DNA of 64,000 bases, from the sequence record NC_020851.1; one strand, 5' to 3'. Below, one piece after another: positions 20,091 to 28,981 of this stretch. The first letter of the stretch is position 1. The number at the start of each line of letters is the position of its first letter. Below the pieces are notes generated by a model. It made no database searches and was not told where the DNA came from. It worked only from the letters and a program-made list of their open reading frames with translations. Both the position numbers and the translations under genes were made by a program.

Positions 20091-20576
20091 TTACTTAACC
20101 TCAAACTTCTCATATATAAATTTATTTTCTTGATCAGAATATGTTCGCAAAAGTATAAACTTCTTTATCTCATCATAATCAAGAACATAGTATTGAGATG
20201 ATGTCACTCCCGAATGCAACAACTTCATTATCCTATGCCTACCATCAATCATTCTATACTTATTATCATATGGATTAGGTGCATTTTCTAAAATAATTCC
20301 TGGATATGATGGATCAGCCTTTTTATTTTTAGGGTCACTCACTCCTTCACAACAGTAGCAATTATCTCCAGTATAATGAGGAAATAAATGTTTTCCTTTC
20401 CAGGCAATATCACAAAGATCTATCATTTTTAATCTAGAATCTATTAATAAGTGAAAGATATCTTTTATAAGAATCACATAAGCAAAACCAATCTTACCAT
20501 CAGACCTTGGAAACTCCCAATTACCTTCTTTTTTATTAAACTTTGCCAAATGAGCATGACCTTGATACCATTGCAT
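20091..20576 (-). CDS. ParB/sulfiredoxin-like domain protein
   Basis: YPGII...YRMIDGRHRIMKL matches the ParB-N IDGxHR motif. Confidence 0.65.
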   Translation of the reverse strand: MQWYQGHAHLAKFNKKEGNWEFPRSDGKIGFAYVILIKDIFHLLIDSRLKMIDLCDIAWKGKHLFPHYTGDNCYCCEGVSDPKNKKADPSYPGIILENAPNPYDNKYRMIDGRHRIMKLLHSGVTSSQYYVLDYDEIKKFILLRTYSDQENKFIYEKFEVK

Positions 20577-20607
20577 AAAATAAAAAATTTTATCTATATT
20601 ATAACAT

Positions 20608-20630
20608 AAAAAGAGGAGTCGCAACTCCTC
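20608..20630 (-). terminator. Rho-independent terminator after regA, followed by TGTTATAAT
   Basis: GAGGAGT-TGCG-ACTCCTC plus T5. Confidence 0.8.
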
Positions 20631-20638
20631 TCAAAATC

Positions 20639-21079
20639 TTATTCGGTTTCTTCTGTCCTTTTCTTCTTCGACCCAATATTGTATTTGGTCTCAAGGATCC
20701 AGTCTTGCTTATCTCTAAATGCAAGAACCTTAATCTGATTGAGTGGTGCGATGTCCTGAATTTTATCGGCATCTACAATACTAATCAGACCCCAGTCGGC
20801 AAGTAGTTGTGCAATACGATTACGTCTCTGGACATCATTCAATGTCAGATTTGCATGTTTACCATCAAGGGCAAATAGTTCCTTAAAATGCACAAGGTAA
20901 TATCTTCCTTGTTTGTGCAGAATGTGACAGGACTGATAGATTTTCCTTTCCTTTCTAGACGCAACTCCGATACGAGTCAAAGTCTCACGCACTTTCAGAA
21001 AGTCATCTGGTTCTCCTAGAACCACTTCTACCATTTGGTCTTGTGACCACTTCACTTCAGCTTCTCTAACAACACTCAT
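20639..21079 (-). CDS. regA: Translational repressor RegA
   Basis: DDFLKVRETLTRIGVA, QSCHILHKQG, VHFKELFALDG. Confidence 0.96.
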   Translation of the reverse strand: MSVVREAEVKWSQDQMVEVVLGEPDDFLKVRETLTRIGVASRKERKIYQSCHILHKQGRYYLVHFKELFALDGKHANLTLNDVQRRNRIAQLLADWGLISIVDADKIQDIAPLNQIKVLAFRDKQDWILETKYNIGSKKKRTEETE

Positions 21080-21459
21080 CCTTTTCCTCCAGTATCAAAT
21101 TTTGATTTAATAAAATTAAGTTGTTCTTTTGTTAGAATTTTCAAAGCCTGTTTTGCCTTTTCATTACTATAACCATAATAACGTTTGACATAATCTAGAT
21201 CTTTGATCTTATCTTGTCGGAGCCAGGGAGAAAATCTCTTCTTTTTCCTCACAATATTTATAAGGAAGTCGTATTGTAACTTCTTAGGGAGGAAATTATA
21301 CTTATTCATCTCATTGACAAACATCAAAGTATCAAGATGTCCAGAGAAACAACGATTGATAATATAAGGAGGATATTCTTTTTCGAGTGAAGGGTCTTCA
21401 TCAATCAAATGCTTCTTAGTTTGATTGATAGAATTAAGCCAGTCTTTAAGTTCAGTCAT
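21076..21459 (-). CDS. gp62: Clamp loader small subunit (T4 gp62-like)
   Basis: LKDWLNSINQTK, YPPYIINR, RKKKRFSPW. Confidence 0.92.
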   Translation of the reverse strand: MTELKDWLNSINQTKKHLIDEDPSLEKEYPPYIINRCFSGHLDTLMFVNEMNKYNFLPKKLQYDFLINIVRKKKRFSPWLRQDKIKDLDYVKRYYGYSNEKAKQALKILTKEQLNFIKSKFDTGGKG

Positions 21460-22342
21460 AAAGTAGAAGGTCAAGAACGTTTACAGTTTCTTTTTTAGTG
21501 GGATAGTTGGTGACAAGAAGTTCTGTCTTTACATTGTCTTGGGTATTCTTATCTCCACGATGAACCATGGAGTAACGCAGTTTCCAATATTCAAGATGAT
21601 AATCTTTATACAACTCAAGCAATCTATCATTCACATTATAAGTGATCATGAACTTGTGAGGACACTTATAAACATCTTCGGCAAACTTATCATGGTCAAA
21701 GAACTTGTGCATCTCACGGTCCTTACCATAAAGGAAGTCTTTGATATCATAAGGTGGGTCAAGAAATACGAATACATCCTCACCAGGAGCATTCATAACC
21801 TCCGAGTAATCAATATTTGTAATCTTCCATTTCTTAATTAGTTCAGAAAATTGTGAAAGTTTATCTGCACCAACCAGAGAAAAGTTGGAGTTGGCAGCAG
21901 TTCGTGAGAAAGTGCTGTTCTCTGTTAGTCCAGAGTAACTACACTTGTTCATAATGAAGAAAGCAACTGCCTTCCGAAAGTCATCATAGGTATCTAATTC
22001 ATTGGCATATTTATTAAACAAGTCCTTGGCAAACTTGTCCTTCTCATCCTGTGTACCCCTCTCAAGCATCTTTTCTTTTTGCTCTCTAACACCCTCAGAG
22101 AGGTCCTGACCACGATCACGCAGTTGGACCCAGAAGTTATACAGGGGCACATACAGGTCATTAATCCAAACAGGAATGTCTGGATTTGCCTTGGTCACAT
22201 CAATCGCAATAGATCCACCACCAATAAATGGCTCACGATATTCGGAAATGATCTGAGGATACCATTGTGAAAGGGTCTTAATCGCTTTCGATTTCCCCCC
22301 AGGGTAACGAATCGGTGTTTTAAGTGCTTTTACACTAGCCAT
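21452..22342 (-). CDS. dam: DNA adenine methyltransferase (Dam/D12 class)
   Basis: RYPGGKS, YREPFIGGGS, INDL, FLDPPY motifs; recognition site not determined. Confidence 0.9.
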   Translation of the reverse strand: MASVKALKTPIRYPGGKSKAIKTLSQWYPQIISEYREPFIGGGSIAIDVTKANPDIPVWINDLYVPLYNFWVQLRDRGQDLSEGVREQKEKMLERGTQDEKDKFAKDLFNKYANELDTYDDFRKAVAFFIMNKCSYSGLTENSTFSRTAANSNFSLVGADKLSQFSELIKKWKITNIDYSEVMNAPGEDVFVFLDPPYDIKDFLYGKDREMHKFFDHDKFAEDVYKCPHKFMITYNVNDRLLELYKDYHLEYWKLRYSMVHRGDKNTQDNVKTELLVTNYPTKKETVNVLDLLLYD

Positions 22343-22396
22343 AATAATTCAGTGTCAATGTTTTCATAAATCATTCCAATCTTTTCTAACCTTCTT

Positions 22397-22627
22397 TCAC
22401 CCAGATATAGAAGGCAACTCTTCAGATTCATAATCACGAGGATGATACTTCAAATATTCCCAGAAGGTCAATTTCATTTCCTTCTGAGTCATACCACAAT
22501 GTTTTGCGGCAGTAGGTAAATTCATTGTAGCACGAAAGAGTGCTTCATTTGCTTCTTTTACATTCTGGGGAGTCGTTTTGACTTTCTCCCCCACCAGTTT
22601 GCTTTTGTCAATTTTTAGTAGTCCCAT
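22397..22627 (-). CDS. Small hypothetical protein (possible HTH)
   Basis: MNLPTAAKHCGMTQKEMKLTF. Confidence 0.75.
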   Translation of the reverse strand: MGLLKIDKSKLVGEKVKTTPQNVKEANEALFRATMNLPTAAKHCGMTQKEMKLTFWEYLKYHPRDYESEELPSISG

Positions 22628-22983
22628 GAGAAAGTATTAGCAGTGTCTAAAAGTTCTGTAAGGTAATCCTGAAAACTCAGTGTGCTTTCTGCCATTACCC
22701 AATATCCAGTTCCGACATATAGTTGTCCCAATAAAACTGATGCTGTAGCAGTTCCCCAAAAGATATAGTAGAACTTGGACTTAACTTGACACTTTTTCGT
22801 TTGTTTCATCGTAAGTAATAATAATTTTTTAGTGATTTTACCAGTGTTATCGTAAGTAGAGGCATACTCCAACTTACCATTTAAAAGTGAAACTACATTA
22901 TCTAGTTGATATTGTGTTATATACTTTTTAAATCCATCATCCATCCAACTCTTATTTGATCCTGGTTCATTAAATCCTTCCAT
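22615..22983 (-). CDS. Probably two small hypothetical genes fused by a homopolymer deletion at 22825-22830; the second has a TM helix
   Basis: Adding one A ends gene 1 at ...KKIIITYDETNEKVSS-stop; gene 2 starts MKQTKK...FYYIFWGTATASVLLGQL. Confidence 0.6.
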   Translation of the reverse strand: MEGFNEPGSNKSWMDDGFKKYITQYQLDNVVSLLNGKLEYASTYDNTGKITKKLLLLTMKQTKKCQVKSKFYYIFWGTATASVLLGQLYVGTGYWVMAESTLSFQDYLTELLDTANTFSWDY

Positions 22984-23155
22984 TCTTAAACTCCTTTACT
23001 AAACGTTCTGATTGTTTTTTATCAATTCCGCAAGGTGCATTTCTTAAACAAATTATAATACACTCGGCATCACTGATTGTGGGTTTAATTGTAAATCCCC
23101 ATTTGTCAACTTCACCTTCGATAGGTGCTTCGCATGGGTCGAATTCATGTGGCAT
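22970..23155 (-). CDS. Small hypothetical protein
   Basis: 61-aa ORF, coupled. Confidence 0.7.
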   Translation of the reverse strand: MPHEFDPCEAPIEGEVDKWGFTIKPTISDAECIIICLRNAPCGIDKKQSERLVKEFKNGRI

Positions 23156-23430
23156 TATTCTACTCCTTGAGGGAAACTATCAATTTCAGTCAATTCATAA
23201 TACCAATCCTCCATTACAGTATTGGCAAGAAATCTACCACTCAATCTTGTCACTTCTTTGGCGGCATACTCTTTATCAGGTGCCTCAATCCAAATGTCAA
23301 TGACCTTACCTAACCTCAACTTTTTAATATCCAGTTCAGACAATCTCTTACAGGCATCTCTCACAGCATTACCAGGAGAGTCATCGACCTGAGATCTTAG
23401 ACGAATGAATACTAATGCTTTAAACTTCAT
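23155..23430 (-). CDS. purS: FGAM synthase PurS subunit
   Basis: VFIRLRSQVDDSPGNAV...LRLGKVIDI...LANTVMEDW fits the PurS pattern. Confidence 0.85.
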   Translation of the reverse strand: MKFKALVFIRLRSQVDDSPGNAVRDACKRLSELDIKKLRLGKVIDIWIEAPDKEYAAKEVTRLSGRFLANTVMEDWYYELTEIDSFPQGVE

Positions 23431-23638
23431 GGTCGTTCCACCTCTCATCAAGTGCTTCATTAACAATATCTTTCAATTCTCTACGTTCTTCGGGTGTGAA
23501 GATTGTACGATGCTTTACTGGCATTGGAGGGATATCCCTCTTAGAATTGGTATTACCCTTAGAGGGAATACTCATGCCTTGTGTATCAATTTTATCTTGT
23601 CTCATTTGTAGTAACTTAATAAACCATTCCAGTTCCAT
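23420..23638 (-). CDS. Small hypothetical protein
   Basis: 72-aa ORF between purN and purS. Confidence 0.6.
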   Translation of the reverse strand: MELEWFIKLLQMRQDKIDTQGMSIPSKGNTNSKRDIPPMPVKHRTIFTPEERRELKDIVNEALDERWNDHEV

Positions 23639-24175
23639 TTAATTTATATTCTCAAATAAATTGTTAATTACCATAGGAAGTAAACGATGTTCTGCTCTCT
23701 GAACTCTGTGATGTAAGGTCTCTTCTGTATCTCCTACACAAATAGGAACAGAAGAAGAATCAATACATCCCCCAGAGTCTAACTCTTCAGTCACATAATG
23801 AACTGTACATCCAGTGATTTTATCACCACTGTCTAATGCCTGCTTAACGGCATTAAGACCTTTATACTTTGGAAGTAATGATGGATGAATATTAATTATC
23901 TTATTCGGAAAGGCATTAATCAATCCCGGTGTAACAATTCTCATCCAACCTGCAAGAACTACTAAATCAACTTTGTGTCTATTAAGTTTATCAATGATTT
24001 TTTGTTCGTCAATACTCTTAATACGACAGTTAGGAATACCCAATCGTTCAGCCCTTTCTTGAGCACCACATCCTTTGATATTGTAGATCATAACTACAAC
24101 TTCATGGTCTGGACAATTCTCAACGATGTTCTCAAAGTTAGTTCCGTTTCCAGAACACATGACTCCAATTCTCAT
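23639..24175 (-). CDS. purN: Phosphoribosylglycinamide formyltransferase
   Basis: SGNGTN, LAGWMRI, INIHPSLLP, GCTVHYV..ELDSG. Confidence 0.95.
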   Translation of the reverse strand: MRIGVMCSGNGTNFENIVENCPDHEVVVMIYNIKGCGAQERAERLGIPNCRIKSIDEQKIIDKLNRHKVDLVVLAGWMRIVTPGLINAFPNKIINIHPSLLPKYKGLNAVKQALDSGDKITGCTVHYVTEELDSGGCIDSSSVPICVGDTEETLHHRVQRAEHRLLPMVINNLFENIN

Positions 24176-24375
24176 TGAAATTCACACTCCATGACATTAG
24201 GTATAGTAGGATAATTACCGACAGTAGAATATACACCATCATCATCCCCATATACTTCAATCACATTGTATTCATCATTGAATAGATTTATAAGGTCTTG
24301 ATGCAAATCACTAGAGTTAGATGATTTACTATGTTGGAAACCAGTGTAATCATCAAAAATAATCGTACAGTTCAT
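24172..24375 (-). CDS. Small acidic hypothetical protein ending in a copy of the gp44 C-terminus
   Basis: MNCTIIFDD...VMECEFQ-stop; ATGA overlaps at both ends. Confidence 0.6.
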   Translation of the reverse strand: MNCTIIFDDYTGFQHSKSSNSSDLHQDLINLFNDEYNVIEVYGDDDGVYSTVGNYPTIPNVMECEFQ

Positions 24376-24391
24376 TGAAATTCGCACTCCA
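24172..24391. repeat. 20-bp direct repeat (19/20 identical) at 24172-24191 and 24372-24391
   Basis: tcattgaaattc[a/g]cactcca. Confidence 0.9.
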
Positions 24392-25313
24392 CCATTATTT
24401 CAGTCAAACAGGCAAGTAAGTTTATTTCCTGGTCCGCCACAAATGCCATTTGATACTGATACTTAGCAAGGACAAGCACAGCAGCAGGAATACTATTCGG
24501 AACCAAGGAATCATAACAAGCATCGTAAATACGACGCAACAGGACAGTAGTATCATTGTCCAGGTTATTGACAACCCATTTACGTACTTCGGGAAAATTC
24601 TTCTCTTTAAGGTTTTTAACCAGTTCATTGACGGCAACATCTGAAAAAGTGGCAAGAATACCAGAGTCGATTTTCCCACTTACGGAATATCTTTGGCATT
24701 CATTAAGAACACGTCTCCAATCAGGAAAGTGCTTATTGATTAGTTCTACCAGGACCTTGTTATCATATTCAACACCTTCTGCATCCAAGATTTGTTGGAT
24801 ACGTTTGAAGAACTGTGCTGCAATACCCTGTCTTTCCTTTCCTTTGATTCCAAACTCAATGACGGCACATCGAGAGTGAAGGGGTTCAAGGATTTTGTTT
24901 TTGTAGTTGCAGGTGAAGATGAATCTGCAATTGCCAGCGAACTCCTCAATAAACGCCCGTAATAGGAGTTGTACATCGTTGGATGTGTTGTCAGCTTCGT
25001 CAATGATAATGACTTTGTGTTTAGAATCTGACGTAAGCGATACGGTCGAAGCAAAGTTTTTCGCATTATTTCTGACGGTATCAAGAAATCGTCCTTCATC
25101 GGATCCGTTGATGACATATACATCTACTCCAAGTTCTTTACATAGTGCCTTTGCTACTGTTGTTTTACCGATGCCTGGAGGACCGGCAAGTAGCATATTA
25201 GGTATCTCTCCCTTATCTAGGAAAGATTGAAAAGTTTTCTTTGTACTCTCAGGGAGAATACATTCTTCAATAGTTTGTGGTCTGTAACGTTCCGTCCAGA
25301 TGAAGTTGCTCAT
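24372..25313 (-). CDS. gp44: Clamp loader large subunit (T4 gp44-like)
   Basis: WTERYRP, GPPGIGKT, IIDEAD, PLHSRC, FPDWRR. Confidence 0.96.
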   Translation of the reverse strand: MSNFIWTERYRPQTIEECILPESTKKTFQSFLDKGEIPNMLLAGPPGIGKTTVAKALCKELGVDVYVINGSDEGRFLDTVRNNAKNFASTVSLTSDSKHKVIIIDEADNTSNDVQLLLRAFIEEFAGNCRFIFTCNYKNKILEPLHSRCAVIEFGIKGKERQGIAAQFFKRIQQILDAEGVEYDNKVLVELINKHFPDWRRVLNECQRYSVSGKIDSGILATFSDVAVNELVKNLKEKNFPEVRKWVVNNLDNDTTVLLRRIYDACYDSLVPNSIPAAVLVLAKYQYQMAFVADQEINLLACLTEIMVECEFQ

Positions 25314-25321
25314 AATCAAAT

Positions 25322-25567
25322 CTACTTGTCCTTTAGTATACCACAACCTTTCGGTTCTGTGTCCAAATCCATACCCTGTCCTTGATTGTCCGTTTTTGGA
25401 CTTCCCTCGTTTTTCTTTTCAGTTTTTTGAAATGAAATTCTTTTGTACCTGTTAGCAAATATATCAGGACACCAATAGGTCACAATCCAATTAACGGTAG
25501 GATTTAGTTCCATGTGTTTCTCAACACTATGTTTCATAATACCTATTTGAATGTATCCATCGTGCAT
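25322..25567 (-). CDS. Small hypothetical protein
   Basis: 81-aa ORF. Confidence 0.6.
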   Translation of the reverse strand: MHDGYIQIGIMKHSVEKHMELNPTVNWIVTYWCPDIFANRYKRISFQKTEKKNEGSPKTDNQGQGMDLDTEPKGCGILKDK

Positions 25568-25626
25568 AATACATCCACCACTCTCTAATGAAAAAAGATA
25601 AAGTGTTTTTATTTTTCTTTTTCACT

Positions 25627-26145
25627 CTATACCCATTCAGGTTTACGACTTGGTATTCTCAAATAATTCTTAGATACCCATGGTTTAGATGCAATGTACA
25701 TCTTATAAGCTTCGATGGTGCTTATATTTGTATCGAACTTAAACTCTTCAGGCATAGCACGAACAAATGGTGTCAGTTTTGAACGATGAATAGCATCTAA
25801 TGGGAAGATCTTATTTGCATGTGCAAGAGTATGAAGACATGAATGAATTTTTCCATATCGATTAGAATACTCCTCACATAATGCAAGACCGTGACGGATC
25901 AACCATCGGGCATTTGCTACCGTCTCATTTGCCCATATTGTGCAGGGATGATTACGGAAGGCACCCTTATCGGTCGCATATGGGGTTCCATCGGTCTTAG
26001 GAAGAGTTCCATATCCGTGCCCCCATTTATCTGAGGCAACGATAGAGAGCATCTGACAGCACTCTAAGGGCATTTTCACAATATGTTTATCAGGAAGAAC
26101 CTGTGCAGACTTGACTGGACTTTCATTTGTGACGAAAATGTTCAT
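25627..26145 (-). CDS. Pyrimidine-dimer DNA glycosylase (DenV-like) family protein
   Basis: MNIF...DKHIVKMPLECCQML, NHPCTIW, YIASKPW. Confidence 0.75.
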   Translation of the reverse strand: MNIFVTNESPVKSAQVLPDKHIVKMPLECCQMLSIVASDKWGHGYGTLPKTDGTPYATDKGAFRNHPCTIWANETVANARWLIRHGLALCEEYSNRYGKIHSCLHTLAHANKIFPLDAIHRSKLTPFVRAMPEEFKFDTNISTIEAYKMYIASKPWVSKNYLRIPSRKPEWV

Positions 26146-26357
26146 GTTAAGAGTTTGCTAAAACTGATTGCCAGTAGGAACATAAGCATTATAACCACAT
26201 CCCAAGATTTTGTCCTTATAAAGTAAGGAACTGAAATCATATCAGCAACAAAGTGAAGCATAACTCCAAGAGTTATATTGATATGAAGAACAACAAAATA
26301 TGCAGTAATCACTAGGATACTACCAGTTATTCTCATTGGGACATCAACTTTGGTCAT
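26142..26357 (-). CDS. Small membrane protein
   Basis: Three hydrophobic segments. Confidence 0.7.
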   Translation of the reverse strand: MTKVDVPMRITGSILVITAYFVVLHINITLGVMLHFVADMISVPYFIRTKSWDVVIMLMFLLAISFSKLLT

Positions 26358-26689
26358 TTCAAAGGTCGAGTAAAGATTTCAGATACAATGTCTGTTGCAC
26401 CCATTGCCTCATACATATAAGTCGCACCGGATCGTGGATTTGTATGGTCTCCACAGGTAAACACATCACATACTGCCATACCATTCTCCGGCCATGTATG
26501 AATACTAATGTGAGACTCGGCAAGAAGTGCTATGGCAGTTACACCATGAGGATCAAACTTATGTGATGAAATATCTAATAAGGTGCTTTCAGATAGTGTT
26601 GCAGCATTTGAAAGCACATTGCGAATATGTGCTTCATCATCTAATAATCCATATGGACACCCTTTAAGGGTGAAGAGAATGTGTCTCAT
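26354..26689 (-). CDS. speD: S-adenosylmethionine decarboxylase proenzyme
   Basis: HKFDPHGVT..LLAESHISIHTWPE...CDVFTCG (ESH self-cleavage site). Confidence 0.95.
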   Translation of the reverse strand: MRHILFTLKGCPYGLLDDEAHIRNVLSNAATLSESTLLDISSHKFDPHGVTAIALLAESHISIHTWPENGMAVCDVFTCGDHTNPRSGATYMYEAMGATDIVSEIFTRPLK

Positions 26690-27351
26690 CCGAATGTCGA
26701 ATCGGGTTCCAGAGCAATATAATACTTGAGATTGTGCTGCGTATTCGTGAATTGTGACAGAAGTTTAGAAGATACTACTACCTCATAAGCACCAGGAATA
26801 ATCTTGATGTTTTCTACCTTAAAGTTAAATTCAAACTCATCACTGGTTTCACCAACAACAATGGCATATTCATTAGAAGTATCGTTTTTCTTATCACGAA
26901 CGACAAGTTTAATAACACCATTCCCACCAATGGCAGACATATCAGGAAGTTGATATACTGCTGCTGCCTTTACAAGTTTATCAAGTGTTACACTATCCAA
27001 CTGGAAGCATACATCTTGAGATGGCAATGTAATCTCCTTCTCTGGAGGAGCAATAATTACATTCGGGTCGGCAAAGAAATACTTCACACGACGTTTTCCT
27101 TCTTTGATACTCAAGTAACTGTCTTGATTAAAGTCAAGGTCAGGATCCTGATGAAGACTCAAACCGTTCAAGAACTGGTTGAGATCATAAATCGCAAAGT
27201 CCCGTGGGAAATCTTCTTTGATTTCTGCTTCGGCAAGAATGTTCTTTGCCACAGAAATAGTGCGGAGTTTGTTGCCTTGCTTTACAAGAATAGAATTGTT
27301 AATACCCGCAAAGTTCTTAAGGATAGCAAGTGCGTTGTCAGACAGTTTCAT
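26686..27351 (-). CDS. gp45: Sliding clamp (T4 gp45-like)
   Basis: MKLS...ILKNFAGINNSI, FAIYDLNQFL, YYIALEPDS. Confidence 0.95.
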   Translation of the reverse strand: MKLSDNALAILKNFAGINNSILVKQGNKLRTISVAKNILAEAEIKEDFPRDFAIYDLNQFLNGLSLHQDPDLDFNQDSYLSIKEGKRRVKYFFADPNVIIAPPEKEITLPSQDVCFQLDSVTLDKLVKAAAVYQLPDMSAIGGNGVIKLVVRDKKNDTSNEYAIVVGETSDEFEFNFKVENIKIIPGAYEVVVSSKLLSQFTNTQHNLKYYIALEPDSTFG

Positions 27352-27374
27352 TGTGTGTTCTTTGAGTTTCATTA

Positions 27375-27767
27375 TTATTGAGGGTACGTTTCACGTTTTG
27401 CATTCTTATCGTTGAAATGCATAAGAAGAACAGCATAGTGAAGGATCTTAATTATATCACGTCGTGCTGATCCTTTCTTATCATATCGTGAAGCATACTT
27501 AAGAATATTAGATCTACAGAATGGTTCACCATCTCCACAAGCTTCAATCAAATCCAATGTCTGAATTTTATCGTCACCAGCAGAGTAATGTTGCCTATAA
27601 GTTCCTCTAATATACTCAAGAAGTTCTTTTACGATCTCCTCCTCATTATATTTAAAAGGAGTTGCTGAGGTTGGAATAAAATCAATAGGACTTTGTTGCG
27701 TAATCAAATTAGTGTTTTTATCCATTTTTAAAATTTCATCATAAAGCATAGTCCAAGAGTTAGTCAT
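27375..27767 (-). CDS. Conserved hypothetical protein (DUF3310-like)
   Basis: FKYNE...HY...QTLDLI...NILKYASRY.KKG...D..KILHYA. Confidence 0.8.
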   Translation of the reverse strand: MTNSWTMLYDEILKMDKNTNLITQQSPIDFIPTSATPFKYNEEEIVKELLEYIRGTYRQHYSAGDDKIQTLDLIEACGDGEPFCRSNILKYASRYDKKGSARRDIIKILHYAVLLMHFNDKNAKRETYPQ

Positions 27768-27778
27768 AACTTATTATA

Positions 27779-28893
27779 TCAAGAAAAGTTGTGTGCGTCA
27801 AGAGATTCTTTTTGCTGCTCTTCAGTAGGCAACACAAAGTCAGCATCAACCTTATCATACAGTTCCAGGAAAGACTGTTTAGTATCATCATCAAAACGAC
27901 TCACACAAACTTGGATTGCTTTTGCCTTATCTTTGAAGATACTAAAGGCACGGATGATATGAACCAAACGACGGGTGCTGATAATTTCATCAATACCACC
28001 ATCATAGAAAGTTTTGCGAATGATGTCTGCCCAATCTACAAGACGTTTGCAGAAGTCACGATCTTCCACTCCAAGATCCAAAGCAATACCCTCAAGAATT
28101 TTCTGTTCAGTCGCAGGAGTTGGATATGACTGCTCAAAGGTTACTGGGAAACGTTCCAAGAATGCTTCGTTAAGAACATTAGTGCCGATAAAACGACCAT
28201 CTTCAGAACCTTTACCTTTTGTGTTCGCAGTAGCAAATACATTGAAACCTTTTGTTGGTTTTACATACTTACCAATTTTCTTCAGGAACACACCTTTACC
28301 TTCAAGGATGGACTGGAGACAGAGGATTTTATTACTAGCAAGGTCAACTTCATCGAGTAACAGGATTGCTCCCCTCTGGAGTGCTTCAACGACAGGTCCA
28401 TCCTGCCAAGTAGAAACTGTATTTCCATTGGGATCACTGAGACGGAAACCACCAATAAGATCATCCTCATCTGTCTCAATAGTGATATTCACCCGGATCA
28501 ATTCACGTCCAAGTTGAGCACAAGCTTGCTCTACAGATAACGTTTTACCATTACCCGAAAGACCCGTAATGAACGTTGGATAAAAAAGACGGGACTGAAT
28601 AATTTTTTAAGATCACCAAAGTTACCAAACTTGACGAAAGTATCATCTTTATCAGGAATCAAATTTTGCTCAATAATAGGCATGGCAGGAGGTGCCTGGT
28701 AAGTTTGTTCAAGTTTTTCTTGAATATTCAAGTTCCACTTACCACGACCAACTTTATAATCAGCAATTTTATTTGTAACTGTTTGATAATTAGACCCATT
28801 CATCGCACACCATCCACGAATATCAGAACCGGTTACAGACTCCCCATAAAGTTCCTGTAAGGAAGTGACGATGTAATCAGCAGAAAGAGACAT
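27779..28893 (-). CDS. MoxR/CbbQ-type AAA+ ATPase ('CobS-like'); one apparent homopolymer frameshift at 28603-28608
   Basis: Joined frames give GDLKKIIQSRLFYPTFITGLSGNGKT; LLLDEVD, ATANTKG, AFLERF. Confidence 0.9.
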
Positions 28894-28923
28894 GATCTTG
28901 TTTTGTTGGTTTCAACTGAAGTT

Positions 28924-28981
28924 ATTATACAATAAAAAAGGGGTCTCAACGACCCCCAGTGGACAGTTTAAGAATTGGTCA
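28924..28981 (-). promoter_or_regulatory. Palindromic element + hairpin/T-tract + TATAAT upstream of the AAA+ gene
   Basis: TGACCAATT-N4-AACTGTCCAC, GGGGTC-loop-GACCCC-T6, TATAAT at 28924-28929. Confidence 0.6.

Noticed and set aside
11461-22342. Calling the nuclease-like gene and dam a restriction-modification pair
   Set aside because: They are 9 kb apart in different operons, the nuclease assignment is motif-level only, and solitary Dam methylases are common in these phages.
27779-28893. Cobalamin-synthesis (cobS) AMG call
   Set aside because: Only generic MoxR-type AAA+ motifs are visible, there is no CobN in the window, and the vWA partner carries a peptidase motif.
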